Assembly: GCF_963921235.1 (NCBI RefSeq)
Contig: NC_086097.1
Span: 33,296,001 to 33,360,000, forward strand
Direction: 5' to 3'
Length of the DNA stretch: 64,000 bases
DNA from: Mobula hypostoma
Taxonomy: Eukaryota
Numbering within the stretch: position 1 is the stretch's first letter; each line of letters opens with the position of its first letter. A model generated the notes under the pieces. It was not told the origin of the DNA, ran no database searches, and saw nothing but the letters and a program-made list of their open reading frames with translations. This document shows positions 1-13,583 of the stretch, in pieces. Made by a program: the position numbers and the translations under genes.

Positions 1-245
1 TTTTCCTCAACTGACTTAAGGTATTGTTTCAGGGTGCTTCTCCATCCGGTGCAGGTTCCTCCCAGGACTCAATGTTGATGTCCAGCGCCTCATGTCCCGC
101 TTGCAGACATCCTTGTAGCGCAGTTGCAGGCAGCCAGTGGTACTCTTCCCTGAAGCCAGCTCATCGTAGAGGATGTCTTTTGGGATGCAGCCATCCTCCA
201 TGTGCTGACAGCACATGTGCTACACTACCTGAGCAGAGTATGCAC
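1..245 (-). mobile_element. RTE-clade LINE, 3' ORF fragment (runs off the window start)
   Basis: ORF 16..216 MEDGCIPKDILYDELASGKSTTGCLQLRYKDVCKRDM resembles the RTE C-terminal motif (RIPKDILYGEL..G.R..GRP.LRYKD..KRDM). Confidence 0.8.
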
Positions 246-532
246 GCTTAAGAAGCCAGTACAAGAAAGAACTTTAGCATTTGGTACTCAGTCTTCATAA
301 AATCATGAAGGGCATTGATACAGTGAATCCTGAACCAGTGTGGATAACTTTAATCACCAGTACTCTGAACTGATTATACGACTCCTACAGACTCACTTTC
401 AAGGACTCTTATATGAAGTGATCGTTCAATAGTTTCATAACAGCAGGATAGAAGCTGTACTTGAACCTGGTAGTACGAGTTTTCAGGCTTTTGTATTTTC
501 AGTGCAATGGGAGAGGGGAAAGGAGAGAAAAG

Positions 533-895
533 TCTCCCTCTGTCCCTCTGAATATACCTCTTGCCCATCCTCTGGGTCACCCCGTCCCCTCCTTGTCTTT
601 CTTCCCAGACCTCCTGTCCCATGATCCTCTCGTATCCCCTTTTGCCTATCACCTGTCCAGCTCTCGGCTTTATCCCTCCCCCTCCTGTCTTCTCCTATCA
701 TTTTGGATCTCCCCCTCCCCCTCCAACTTTCAAATTCCTTACTCACTCTTCCTTCAGTTAGTCCTGACGAAGGGTCTCGGCCTGAAACGTCGACTGCACC
801 TCTTCCTACAGATGCTGCTTGGCCTGCTGCGTTCACCAGCAACTTTGATGTATGTTGCTTGAATTTCCAGCATCTGCAGAATTCCTGTTGTTTGC
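533..895 (+). mobile_element. Penelope-like element (PLE) terminal repeat (pLTR) with 3' tail, inserted in a Rex1-like 3' fragment
   Basis: Near-identical to the repeat next to the GIY-YIG coding remnants at 23430-24212 and 43283-44142; pyrimidine-rich body, hammerhead motif, tail ttgaatttccagcatctgcag. Confidence 0.85.
760..795 (+). ncRNA. Minimal type I hammerhead ribozyme motif in a PLE repeat
   Basis: AGTC-CTGACGA-agggtctcggcct-GAAA-C-GTC-GACT: core boxes present, stem I AGTC/GACT, predicted cleavage after C791. Confidence 0.75.
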
Positions 896-1658
896 GAAAA
901 GAGAATGTGTGGTGTGGGTGGGGTTTATGATTATGCTAACTGCTTTACTGAGGCAGCAAGAAGTTTAGACAGAGTCCCTGGAGGGGAAAGTAGTTTCCAT
1001 GATGTGCGGAGGTGTATCCACTACTCTCTGCAGTTCCTTACGATCATGGGCAGTGTCATGTAAAGTTGCTTCGAGACTTTGTACAAGAATATTTTGCAGC
1101 CTTGTTCAATTTTGGTAATAATTCATACTTTCATTCTGTTTTTCCAAAGTGAATAACCTCACAATTTTCCACATTATACTCCTTGACCCTCTCATCACCT
1201 GTTTGTCTCTGCAAGCTCCCTCAGCCCTCTTGCATGGTTTTCAGCACCATGGGGTGACTACAGAGGTGGATGTTGGGGGAGTTAGTGCTGATATGAAATC
1301 AGAAGTCAGTGCCTTTTGGGAAGGGGGGAAGGAGATTACAAATAGAACCTTTGACAGCTCACTCAGTTCTGACGCTATGTGAGTTGTGTCCAGCTCTTTA
1401 GTCTTGGGAGCTATAAACTTGGTAGTGAGCAGAGAAATGATTATGGTGAAGAACGTGTTTCTTGGTAACAGCAAAGCTGGTGTTAATTAGTCTTGTGAGT
1501 CTTGCGGGCAGCTGTAAGCAGAGGTTTTCCTTCCAACAATCCCCAACTCATTTCTGGTGCAGTGTGTTGAGGACTTTCCTGATTCAGGGAGCTGAGAATG
1601 AATATTTGTTCGAAATTCAAAATAGCTGTTATAGATAGGGTAAAGCAGGCTTTATCCA

Positions 1659-2425
1659 TAGTCATAGTCATACTTTATTGATCCCGAGGGAAGTTGGGTT
1701 TTGTTACAGTTGCACCAACCAAGAATAGAGTATAAATATAGCAATATAAAACCATAAATAATTAAATAATAATATGTAATTTATGCCAGATGGAAATAAG
1801 TCCAGGACCAGCCTATTGGCTCGGGGTGTTTGACCCTCCAAGGGAGGAGTTGTAAAGTTTGATGGCCACAGGCAGGAATGACTTCCTATGACACTCAGTG
1901 TTGCATCTCGGTGGAATGAGTCTCTGGCTGAATGTACTCCTGTGCCCAACCAGTACATTATGTAGTGGATGGGAGACATTGTCCAAGATGGCATGCAACT
2001 TGGACAGCATCCTCTTTTCAGACACCACAGTGAGAGAGTCCAGTTCCATCTCCACAACATCACTGGCCTTACGAATGAGTTTGTTGATTCTGTTGGTGTC
2101 TGCTACCCTCAACCTGCTGCCCCAGCATACAACAGCAAACATGATAGCACTAGCCACCACAGACTCGTAGAACATCCTCAGTATCGTCCGACAGATGTTA
2201 AAGGACCTCAGTCTCCTCAGGAAATAGACACGGATCTGACCCTTCTTGTAGACAGCCTCAGTGTTCTTTGACCAGTCCAGTTTATTGTCAATTTTTGTAT
2301 CCCCAGGTATTTGTAATCCTCCACCATGTCCACACTGACTCCCTGGATGGAAACAGGGGTCACCGGTACCTTAGCTCTCCTCAGGTCTACCACCAGCTCC
2401 TTAGTCTTTTTCACATTAAGCTGCA
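1659..2425 (-). mobile_element. Rex1/Babar-clade LINE (family A), 5'-truncated
   Basis: ORFs LNVKKTKELVVDLRR...YKYLG and MFYESVVASAIMFAVVCWG...HPLH...SFLPVAIKLYN; (TGACTA)n tail; 'atcca' on both flanks inside a CR1 3' fragment. Confidence 0.8.
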
Positions 2426-2593
2426 TCCACTGAAGTAGGATGAAATTAGAACTAGAAGTCAAAGGTTAAGGGTGAAAGGTGGAATATTTAAGGGGAATCT
2501 GAGGGGGAGCTTCTTCACAGAGGGTAGTGAGACTGTGGAATGAGCTGCCAGCAGAAGTGATGGATATGTGATTGTTTGCAACATTTAAGAGAA

Positions 2594-3520
2594 ATCAGAA
2601 TCAGTATCAGGTTTATTATCACCGGCATATGACGTGAATTTTGTTAACTTAGCAGCAGCAGTTCAATGCAATACATAATCTAGCAGAGAGAAAAAAATAA
2701 AATAAAACATAATAATAAATAAACAAGTAAATCAATTATGTATATTGAATAGATTTTTAAAAATATGTGCAAAAACAGAAATACTGTATATTAAAAAAAG
2801 TGAGGTGGTGTCCAAAGCTTCAATGTCCATTTAGGAATTCGATGGCAGAGGGGAAGAAGCTGTTCCTGAATCGTTGAGTGTGTGCCTTCAGGCTTCTGTA
2901 TCTCCTACTTGATGGTAACAGTGAGAAAAGGGCATGCCCTGGGTGCTGGAGGCCCTTAATAATGGACGCTGCCTTTCTGAGACATCACTCCCTAAAGATG
3001 TCCTGGGTACTTTGTAGGCTAGTGCCCAAGATGGAGCTGACTAGATTTACAACCTTCTACAGCTTCTTTTGGTCATGTGCAGCAGCCCTTCCATACCAGA
3101 CAGTGATACAGCCTGTCAGAATGCTCTCCACGGTATAACTATAGAAGTTTTTGAGTGTATTTGTTGACATGCCAAATCTCTTCAATCTCCGAATAAAGTA
3201 CAGCTGCTGTCTTGCCTTCTTTATAACTACATCGATATGTTGGAACCAGGTTTGATCCTCAGAGACATTGACACCAAGGAACTTGAGGTTGCTCACTCTT
3301 TCCACTTCTGAGCCCTCTATGAGGATTGGTACGTGTTCCTTTGTCTTACCCTTCCTGAAGTCCACAATCAGCTCTTTTGTCTTACTGTTGTTGAGTGCCA
3401 GGTTGTTGCTGCGGCACCACTCCACTAGTTGGCATATCTCACTCCTGTATGCCCTCTCATCACCACCTGAGATTCTAACCAACGATGGTTGTATCGTCAG
3501 CAAATTTGTAGATGGTATTT
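2594..3520 (-). mobile_element. Rex1/Babar-clade LINE (family B), 5'-truncated
   Basis: ORF 3057..3503 AYRSEICQLVEWCRSNNLALNNSKTKELIVDFRK...FLG; (CTGATT)n-type tail; near-identical to 46511-48040. Confidence 0.85.
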
Positions 3521-5044
3521 GTGATGGATAGGTATATGGAAGGGAGGGTTATGGAGAGTTATAGACAAGGTGCAGGTAGATGAAACTAGGCAAAAGACCA
3601 GGCTAGCACAGACTAGATGGACTGAAGGGCCTTTATCTGTGCTGTAGTGCTCTATGATTCTATCAGAGTTTTTCATAGAGAGGGTGGTAGGCATCTGCAA
3701 TGAACTGCTAATCACTGCAGAGGCAGATACAGCTAAAATGTGTAAAAGGCATTTGGACAAGTGCTTAATTAGGAAGGGGGCAAAGAGAATTAGCATAGAC
3801 AGGCATGGCGGTCAGCATGAACGAGGTGGGGTGAATGGGCCCATTCCTGTGCTTTAGATACAATAATTAATCAAAGCTATCTTGTGGCTATTATAGTCAT
3901 CTTTACTAAAACCAGCTGTACAAATTCCACATTATTAACTTGCTTTAAATTTCACAGCTGGCATGGCACATTGCAAGCTTCTGTCTCTGAATGGTTAGCC
4001 GAGTCTCTAGGTTACAAATCTGGGAATTTAATCGCCGCACCAGCACCGTACTCTGTTGTCTTAGGCCAGATAAATCCCCCAGTGGAAGTATCTCAGAGAA
4101 TGAGTTCTGGACGTGCTCTCAGGATCGATTCCTGCAGCAATGCTGATATCAACAGGGACAGAGGCCAGTTAGAGCATGACTACAATAATGAGACGGGGTT
4201 CATTCGTAAACTTGTACGAGGGATCTTCTTAATAAAAGTGACTATCATTGAATTTCTTGTGAATTTGAGTTTTAGAACTTAAAGCCAGTGGCAAAAGGGT
4301 GTGTTGGCTAAGGTACATTGAGAAATTGGATTGAAAAACTTGCCAGTAGATAAACAGCGGCAGACGTTCAAAGTAATTTTCCTCAGTGTCAATGAATGGA
4401 CATTCCATTGAGAAATAAAATCTCTTAGGGAAAAGTGATCCATCCGGGTCTAACTATGGAAATTAGAGTTATTATTGGAGCAAAAGAATGTTGCTAAGAA
4501 TAGTGTGCCTGAAGGAGGGGTTTAACACAGAGTGATTGATTTCTGAAAGATTGATAGAACAAAGACATAGACTGTGAGATAAATTACAAGGTAATTTTAA
4601 AAATTGCAAGAGTTTCTACAACTGTATAAAAGAGAAGCAGTGCAAAAGACTGAAATGTAGCTCTGCTTAGAGACAAAGAGGAGAAAGGATAAGATAAAAC
4701 AAAAACTTGCTGCCAATTTTCAGCAGGCTGTATAACTGTTCAGCATAGACTAGATAGGCCGAAGGGCCTGTTTCTGCACAATGGTACCTTCTGTCTCTGA
4801 CTTTATATCAGGCAACATAAGAAGAAGGAAACGAAGTCATTATTTCCAGCTTGATTATAGCATAAATATCCTGTACTTTCTAAGTTTATCCCTATTGTCC
4901 ACATGAGTTATCCTCTAGTCCACTGGTCCTTCTCCCTGTGGCTAATGATGCAAAAATCTGTGTCATTGTCCCAGCAATTTATTCCATTAGTGTCCTGGGA
5001 TAGATGCTGTCAGATCCTACGGAATTTTCCACCCTAGTGTGACA

Positions 5045-5460
5045 TATGGAGGAGAATTTGGCCATTCAGCCCTTTGAGTCTGTTCTGCCACAGCTGTTTT
5101 ATCATCCCTCTCATCCCCATTCTCCTGCCTTCTACACATAAACTTTGATATCCTTACTAATCAAAAACCTATTAACCTCTGCTTGGCCTCCACAGCTGCA
5201 CAGCTGTTTGTGACAATGAATTCCATAAATTTGCCGCCCTTTGGCTAAAGAAATTCCTTCTCATCTCTGTTCTAAAGGGATGTCCTTGTATTCTGAGGCT
5301 GTGCCTTCTGGTCCTCTCCGCATCCAATCTTTCTAGGCCTTTCAGTGTTTGATAGGTTTCAATGAGATTCTCCCTCATTCATCTAAACCAGTGAATGCAG
5401 GCTCAGATGCTCCTCATTCCTTGACTCTTTCATTCCCAGGATCTTTCTAGTGAACCTAGT
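5045..5460 (-). mobile_element. CR1 LINE 3' fragment
   Basis: ORF MRENLIETYQTLKGLERLD...RRNFFSQRAANLWNSL is the CR1 ORF2 C-terminus. Confidence 0.8.
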
Positions 5461-5994
5461 GTGCTCTAATGTTTCCTGCATTTCCTCCTTCTTGAAACAG
5501 ACATTATTCTAATTTTTTACATCAACCCAATCATCTATTTTATTCTAACAACCTTTTGAGTGCTACTTATCAAATGCCTCTGTTAAGACGAGGTGAATGG
5601 CGTCCAGTAGTTCTCCCCTGCTAGTTCAATCCTCAACAAACATGATTAGATTTTCCTCTAATGAAACCTTGGAGAGATTGTGTAATCCCATTATGATTTT
5701 CCAAAAGGCCTGTTTGCACATCCTTACTATTGGTGATGTACATTGGGAAAAGAAATGAACTGATGGTGGTGGCATATGCAATTACTATGTTTTACAATCA
5801 TTTGGTCGGTACTTGGATAGAAAAAGAGTAGAAGGACAAGGGCAGATGGGATTGGTGTTGATAGACACCAATAATGTGTGTCACTGTAATGTAAGCATGG
5901 ATGATGTGGGACAAAGAGCTTGTACAACTCTATGACTCTGCTTTGCATGAAGATTGTGAATGTTTGGGATTCAGGGCCATCGGTGTTCCATTAC

Positions 5995-7767
5995 TGAGCA
6001 AACTCAAGACTGTATGATAGATTTTGGAACAGAAGGTAGATGATCTTATAGCACAGTTAGAGATTGACAGGTATGACGTTGTGGGCATCACTGAGTCATG
6101 GCTAAAAAAGATTATAGTTGGGAGCTTAACATCCAAGGATGTACATTGTATCAGAAGGATAGAAGGGGGTGGCATTGCTCTGTTGGTAATAAATGAAATC
6201 AAATCCTTAGAAAGAGGTGACATGGGATCAGAAGCTGTAGAATCCTTGTGGGTAGAGTTAAGGAACTGTAAGGGTACAAAGACCCTGATGGGAGTTATAT
6301 AGAGACAGCACCAAACAGTAGCCAGGATGTGGGCTACAAATTATAATGGGAGACAGAAAATGTGAAAAGGGCAATGTTCTGACAATCTTGGGGGATTTCA
6401 CTATGCAGGTAGATTGGGAAATTCAGGCCGGTGCTGATTCTGGATTCCAAGAGAGGGAGTTTGTAGAATGCCTATGAGATGGTTTTTTAGAGCAGCTTGT
6501 GGTTGAGCCCATGACAGGATCAGCTATTCTGGATTGGTTGTTGTGTAATGAACTAGATTTGATTAGGGAGCTTAAGGTAAAGGATCTCTTAGGGCCCAGT
6601 GATCATAATATGATAGAATTCACTATGCACTCTGAGAAGGAGAAGCTAAAGTCAGATGTATCAATATTACAGTGGAGTAAAGGGAATTACAGAAGCTGGC
6701 CAAAGTTGATTGGAAGGGGACACTATCAGGAATGACAGCAGAGCAGCAATGATTGGAGTTTCTGGGAGCAATTTAGAAGGCACAGGATAGATACATCCCA
6801 AAGAAGAAGAGGTATCCTTAAGGAAGAATGGCTGACAAGGGAAATCAAAGCCAACATAAAAGCCAAAGAGAGGGCATTTAATAGAGCAAAAATTAGTGGG
6901 AAGTTAGAGGATTGGGAACGTTTTAAAAACCAACAGAAAACAAGTAAAAAGCCATAAGGAGGAAAAAGATGAAATGCGAAGGTAAGTTAGCCAAGACTAT
7001 CAAAGAGGATACCAAAAGTTTTTCAGTTTAGAAGGAATAAAAGCTTGGACTCTTTTCTAAACAAGGAGAAAATTCAAAAATCTAAGATGCTAAAGGGTTT
7101 GGGATTCCTGATGCTAGATTCCAGGTTGAGCCAATGGTGAGGAAAGCAAATGTACTCTTAGCATTCATTTCAAGAGGACAAGAATACAAAACAAAGCTGT
7201 AATGCTGAGGCTTTATAAGACATTGGGGAGGCTTCATTTGGAATATTGTGAGCAGTTTTGCACCCTTTATCTATGAAAGTATGTGCTGACATTAGAGAGG
7301 ATTCAAAGGAGGTTCATGAAAGGCTTATCATATGAGAAGAATTTGATGGCACTGGACCTGTATTCATTGGAATTTAGAAGAATGAGATGGAATCTCATTG
7401 AAACCTATCGAATGTTGAAAGGCCCAGATAAAGTGGATGTGGAGAGGATGTTTCCTTTCGTGAAGGAGTCTAGGGCCAGAGGGTAGAATCTCAGAATAGA
7501 GGGACATACATTTAGAACAGAGATGAGGAGGAATTTCTTTAGCCAGAGTGGTGAATCTGTGGAATTTGTTGCCACTGGCAGCTGTGGAGGCCAGGTCATT
7601 GAATGTATTTAAAGTGGAAGTTGATAGATTTTTAATTTCAGGGTGTGAAAGGTTATGGGGAGAAGGCAGGAGAATGGGGTTGAGAGGAAAATGGTTCGGC
7701 CATGATCAAATGCCGGAGCTGACTCAATGGGCCAAATGGCATAATTCTGCTCCAATGTCTTATGGTG
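5995..7767 (+). mobile_element. Internally deleted, decayed CR1 LINE (endonuclease joined to ORF2 C-terminus and 3' UTR)
   Basis: YDVVGITESWL, GGGIALLV, AILDWLLCNE, LGPSDHNMIEF (APE domain), then LERIQRRF and NLWN; most of the RT is missing near 7020. Confidence 0.8.
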
Positions 7768-9399
7768 TAAGGGGAACAGGAGACTCGTCAGGAAAGTAGA
7801 ATGGCACTGGATGGCAGAGAAGGACTGAGGAATCAAACACACTTTCTTTCCATCTCTTCAGTCCTTGGATTCAGATTTCTACTGACAACATGTCACCATT
7901 GGCCTTTTTTCCTGTCAGTTGATAATGTTTCTCTCTCTGTACCTTTCAACATGCCTTTCAAATCTTTATATTGTTTTAAAAATCTTAATTAGATCATTTC
8001 AAAGAAGTGTAAACTATTGTTGTATAATCTGCCTTTATAACTTAATTGTAAAATTCCTCAGTTATTCTAGTGAATCTGCAGTGTCCCCTGACTCTAACAA
8101 TTATCAGGCCAGACAGTAAGACCTCCCAAAACTCCCTGTTTTCCCATTGAGGATCAACGATCATAGTTTTTCACCATATACATGTACATTAATTAGGAAT
8201 TAGCTTGGTATGTTGGTCAGAGTGTGACATGCAGACAAAAACAACAGTATTCAACAATTGTAAAGAATAAAGATTTAGAGATTAAAGTGCAGCTATGGAA
8301 TAAAATGTGCATAATACAAAAATACCATCATGTATTTACAGTGTGGTTTAATATGTTTTCAGTGCAGTATTGGAGATAATAGACAGAGGTGGTTGGGGAG
8401 GACTAACTAGAACAGTCAATCAGATTAGCTGCCTGAGGGTGGGAATTTAAGATGGTGTAATTGTTTTGTTGTTGCCATTGTTGCTAATACCCCTTTGTGT
8501 GGAACTAGAGTGAGTAGCTCTGGAAGTCCATATAGACATCTTCAATTGAGACTCCTGCTCCTGCCACATTAGCATTCTGCTTAAAAATAAATCAGCTCAA
8601 GCACCTAAGCGACCACCCATCAGCAAACACTTGTGTGCTGCCTGGTTAACTGTGTTCCAGACCTCAATCACTGTGTCCCTGATGAGAGATTCCAGCAGCC
8701 TTCCTACAATTAGCTTTGAACCAGCAACTGTTTCTTTTACTAACCTTTCACTCCTACTGTCAACCTTTTGTTAAAACTAATCAGTAACATTGGGCAGTTT
8801 CCACCTCCGCCAGAATGGGCTACCGGTCTGTAGCCAGTGTATACATGGAGCCTTGAAGCAGAGGCTACCGGGCATTCTGCATTCCAGATGTAGAGCAATT
8901 GAAATTTTTGTGGTGTGCTTTCAATCTTTAATGGAAGCAGGGAGCTCAGGAAGGCAAATTCCTGCAGCGTTGGTCACAGGTTTACTTCGATCTGATATGC
9001 CTTGACATTTATTTTTCTGTGAACAAAGTTTATTATCTTATAACAGTGCAGGAAAAACCACAGGCATAAACAGCAACTTGACTTTTAACTTTGGAAAAGT
9101 CGTTACTGAAATAATAATTGGAGGATAGTTGCTAAAGCCAAGGTCTGTCAGTGTGGCGAAACACAGACCTTGGCTTTAGTACTACTATCACACACCCAGA
9201 TACCTATGCAAATACACATAGACACACAGGCAAGACTACAATACATGTTGGTGCACATGCAGCATGTCAATTGTGCAACTGTACACGCACATACCGTGTG
9301 TGTCCAGTAAAACACACGCAGACTGCTCACTATGTCACCAATTGCTTCTAGACATGCATTATAACAGACTACAATATACTATGTGGGAGTCTTACTTCA

Positions 9400-10645
9400 G
9401 TGGTGACAAATTATTAGGGATGATTCTTAGAGCATTTGCAGAGGCATACTTTGATTAGGGACAGTCAGCATGGTTCTGTGAGAGGCAGATCATGCCTCAC
9501 GATCCTGATTAAAATTCTCTGAGAATGTAACAGAGCACATTGATGAAGGTAGAGCAGTGAATGTGGTGTATTTGGATTATGGTAAGGCACTTGATAGAGT
9601 TTCCCATGGCAGGCTCATTCAGAAAGCTAGGAGGCATGGGATACAGGGAAACCTGACTGTGTTAATACAGAATTGACTTGCCCTTAGAAGGCCAGAGTAT
9701 GGTTGTAGATGGAGCATATTCTGCGTGGAAGTCGGTGACCAGTGGTGTACTGCAAGCCCTGCTCTTTGTGATTTCTATAAATGATTTGGATGAGGAAGTG
9801 GATGGGTAGGTTAGTTAATTTACAGATGACACAAAGTTGGTGGAGTTGTCGATAGTGTAGAAGGTTGTTGTAGATGACAATGGGACATTGAGAAGATGCA
9901 GAGTTGGGCTAAGAAATGGCAGATGGCGTTCAATCCAGAGAAGTGTGGATTCAATTTGGAAGGTGAATTTGAAGGCAGAATAATACATGGCGAATAGCAG
10001 ATTCTTAGCAGTGTGGAGGAACAGAGGGATCTTAGAGTCCATGACCAAAGATTTTTCAAAGTTGCCACTCAAGTTGATAGAATTGTTAAGAGGGTATATG
10101 GTGTGTTGGTTTCACTTGTTGTTGGATTGAGTCCAAGAGCCACTGGGTAATGTTGCTGCTCTTTAAAACTCTGATTGCTTGATTATAGGAAAGATGTGGA
10201 AGCTTTAGAAAGGGTGCAAAGGAGATTTACCACGATGCTGCCAGACCTTAAAAGGCATATCTTATAAAGATAGGTTGAGTGAGCTAGGGTTTTTTGAAGC
10301 GAAGGGGGATGAGAGGAGACTTGATAGAGGTGTACAGGATGATAAGAGGCATAGATCGAGTGGCTAGCCAGAGATCTTTTCCCCAGGGCAGAAATGGCTA
10401 AGAAAAGGGGGAATAATTTTGAGGTGTTTGAATGAAAGACAGAGGTGGGTATCTTACACAGAGAGTGGCAAGTGCATAGAACACCCTGCCAAGGGTTTTG
10501 GTAGAGGCAGATGTATTAAGGGCATTTAAGAGACCCTGAGATAGGCACATAGGTGATAAAAATGGAGAACTATGTGGAAGCGTTAGATTAATCTTAACAG
10601 TAGGTTAAAAGGTTGGCACAACATCGTGGGCTAAAGGGCCTGTAG
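9400..10645 (+). mobile_element. Decayed CR1 LINE, RT to 3' end
   Basis: cagcatggttctgtg (QHG), gatgacacaaag (DDTK), W.KKWQM.FNPEKC and LERVQRRFT motifs, with stops and indels. Confidence 0.85.
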
Positions 10646-10984
10646 AAGAAGGAGGCCATTCAGGCCCAATGAAACTAAACTGGCTTACAGCCATACCTCC
10701 ACTAATTTTATCTGTAATCTATTTGCCACATAATCACATCAATTCTATCTCCCACAATACAGTAGGGGCAGGGTACATCATTCAATTAACCTACCAGACT
10801 GCACATCTTCGGGATGTGCGAGGAAACCGGGGGAAACCCAGGAAGATGTGTCAACTCCATACCAGTGCGACTCAAAGTCGTGAATGAGCCATGATGACAG
10901 GAGCTGTGAGGCAGCAGCTGTATCCCTGTGCCACCTGCAGACTGCACTGTGCAAACATACAGTGTGAACAACACAGACAGTGCA

Positions 10985-11305
10985 TTGATTGATTCATTAG
11001 CCTTATTTGGCACATGTATATCAAAACATGGAAACATACAGTGAAGTGCATTTTTGTCCAAGGATCCACTGAGAGCAGCCCAGAAGTGTCACATGCTTTC
11101 AGCACGAACATAGCATGGCCACCGCTCATTAACCCTAACCTGTATGTCCTTGAAATGTAGGAGAAAACTGGAGCACTTGGAGGAAACTCACATGGTCACG
11201 GGGAGAATGGATACACTCCTTACAGACAGTAGGAGCAATTGAATCCTGATTGCTCATTGCTAGCACTGTAAAGCGTTACTCTCACCGCTATGCTACTGTG
11301 CCGTT
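10985..11305 (-). mobile_element. V-SINE/HE1-like SINE (second partial copy at about 10785-10935)
   Basis: The minus strand carries the V-domain-like sequence ttctccccgtgaccatgtgagtttcctccaagtgctccagttttctcc shared with the other SINE copies. Confidence 0.7.
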
Positions 11306-11333
11306 CACATTAGGTGAACACAGTATATATACA

Positions 11334-11398
11334 CAGTTTTGTGCAGAGGTCTTAAGCACATATATAGCTAGGGTGTCTAAGACTTTTGCACAGTACTG
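11334..11398. mobile_element. Tc1/mariner-type miniature inverted-repeat element (65 bp)
   Basis: 26-bp inverted repeats (20/26 match) starting CAGT: cagttttgtgcagaggtcttaagcac / gtgtctaagacttttgcacagtactg, followed by TA. Confidence 0.65.
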
Positions 11399-11624
11399 TA
11401 TTTGTCAACTTGGAGCAGAGAGTGAGTTTGTAAATCTGGTAGGAGCAACGGCTGTTGGGAATGGTGAGTATAGAATACCGTGGGAGGGGTTGGGATAGAT
11501 GGCAGAGAAGGAGTGCCAGGGGCAGGTCGGTGGGGGGGGGGGGGTTGTTTGATGCTGGTGCAGACATACCCAGCCATGATACACCAAAGAAGGTCATACT
11601 GTGTGTGTATATATATATATAAAA

Positions 11625-11945
11625 TCTATGGTTGGGGAGTCTAGGACCAGAGAGTACAGTCACAGAATAGAGGGACTTCCCCTTAGAACAGAGATGAAGA
11701 GGAATTTCTTTAACCAGAGAGTGATGAATCTGTGGAATTCATTACATCAGATGGTTATGGAAGCCAAATCATTGGTTATATTTAAAGCAGAGGTTGATAG
11801 ATCTTGATTAGTATGCTTGTCAAAGGTTCTGGGGAGAAAACAGAAAAATGTTGAGAGGGATAATAAAGCAGCCCTGGTGGAATTGCAGAGCAGACATGAT
11901 GGACCAAATAGCCTAATTCTGCTCCTAAGTCTTATGGTTTTATGG
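11625..11945 (+). mobile_element. CR1 LINE 3' fragment
   Basis: ORF ...SRTREYSHRIEG...KRNFFNQRVMNLWNSL...FKAEVDR; tcttatgg tail. Confidence 0.8.
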
Positions 11946-12599
11946 ACTCTATGCTGCCTATCACTCTCTCTGAGCTCCCTCTCCATTCCTCTTTCACTCA
12001 CTACAAAACAGTATACAGATATTGCTGTAAACATTGCGAATTAAAGATGTTGTATGGAGAAGAGAAACTGAGCATTGTGGGAACTTGATAGACAGCCCTC
12101 AAAAGATTGGCACAGTCTCAGGATCTGTGTTTTGACAAGCAGCCCTTCCCATGTATGGAACTGTCAGAGAATGTGTGGCATTCCTGTTCTACCTCCCTAA
12201 CTATATCTCCAAAAGCAGCATTCACTGAGATTAGGTGAGTGATACTGTAGGCGTCTTTTTCTAAACATTGCACGTTGTCAAGATGTGCAGGAAAGGTGTT
12301 TTAGCACTTTCCAAGTAACTGTAGTTCCTCATTCAACCCATTTCAGTCAGTCAGCCCTTAGCTGGGCAGTAAGGAGTTTATTGAGTAGCCAGTCTGTGAT
12401 GTCTCCTTTTCTGCCAGGAATACCAGCTGATTTAGAACAAGTAAAGTGTGCTTCATTCAATTAACTCATCTAATAAAATCATTATCATATAATATATAAT
12501 GATAATAATAATCATTATCATTAAGTACATTTGGCTTTTAATCGGGTCATCTCATTACTGGCAATATGTTTGAATCAAGACTCAGCACGTTGAGTCCGC

Positions 12600-13060
12600 A
12601 ATGCAGCAGGACACAGGGGCTTTGGCCCAACCCAGTCCATGCCAAACATGGTGCCCACTCAGCTAGTCCCAATTTCTTGCATTCAACCCATATCCATCTA
12701 AGCCCCGCTCCTCCATATATCAATCAAGGCATTTTTAAATCATACTATTGTACCAGCCTCAACTACTTCTTCTGGCAGCTCAGTCTGTATATTCACCACC
12801 CTCTGCGTGGAAAAAAATGTCCCTCAGGTCCCTTTTAAATCTTTCTCTTCAACCCTAAATCTATGCCTCCTACTTTTGGACTCCCTTATCCTGGGGAAGA
12901 ACTGTTACCATCTTCCTAATCTATTCTCTCATACTTTTAAACATCTGTAATGTTGTTCCTCATTCTCCTAAATTTCAAAGAAGAAGGATCTAGTCTGATA
13001 GGTCCCTATAACTCAGGCCTTCTAGTCCTGGCAATATGCTCATAAATACTCCCCTGCAAT
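12600..13060 (-). mobile_element. Decayed CR1 LINE 3' fragment
   Basis: Reverse complement of the ttccacgcagagggtggtg (FTQRVV-like) region and the CR1 3' UTR. Confidence 0.65.
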
Positions 13061-13583
13061 CTCGCAGACTGCAATTTTAATTCACTTTTTAGTCACAGAT
13101 TCCCATTACTCCTCCCATTTCTCTCTCACCTCAACACTCTCGAGCTTGCTGGCAGCTGGTTACTTCCTCTTCATTCACATTATCTTCATTCCTGTATCCA
13201 ACCTGGAGGCTGTCCTGATTCATCACAGTGCTTGACATACACATAAGCCTGTTAAAACATCTACAGACTGAGCTACATGTAACAAATGGAAGTAGAATTT
13301 CAAAGTCAACATCAGTTCTTAAATAATATATACAGTATGTCACTATATACTTCCTTGAAATTCATTTTCTTGCGAGCGTTAACAGGAAAATGAAGAAATA
13401 CAATACAATTTGTGAAAACTTTACAGAAACAAAGATTGACAAACAATTAGTGTGTAAAAGAAGAGACATCATGCAGCTAATTTTTAAAAATTATACTGAG
13501 AACTTGAGTTTTTAGTATTATAGATTTAGATTTTTTATTCTCTATCTGCCTTTTCGCCCCTCCTGACATGGATTCACTCTTCA

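Noticed and set aside
3884..4282. 132-aa ORF in non-repeat sequence
   Set aside because: GTG start, no recognisable homology, and no clear donor site.
9167..9189. Similarity to miR-212-5p (accttggct.tag)
   Set aside because: It lies on the 3' arm, and no taacagtc-type 3p arm follows at hairpin distance.
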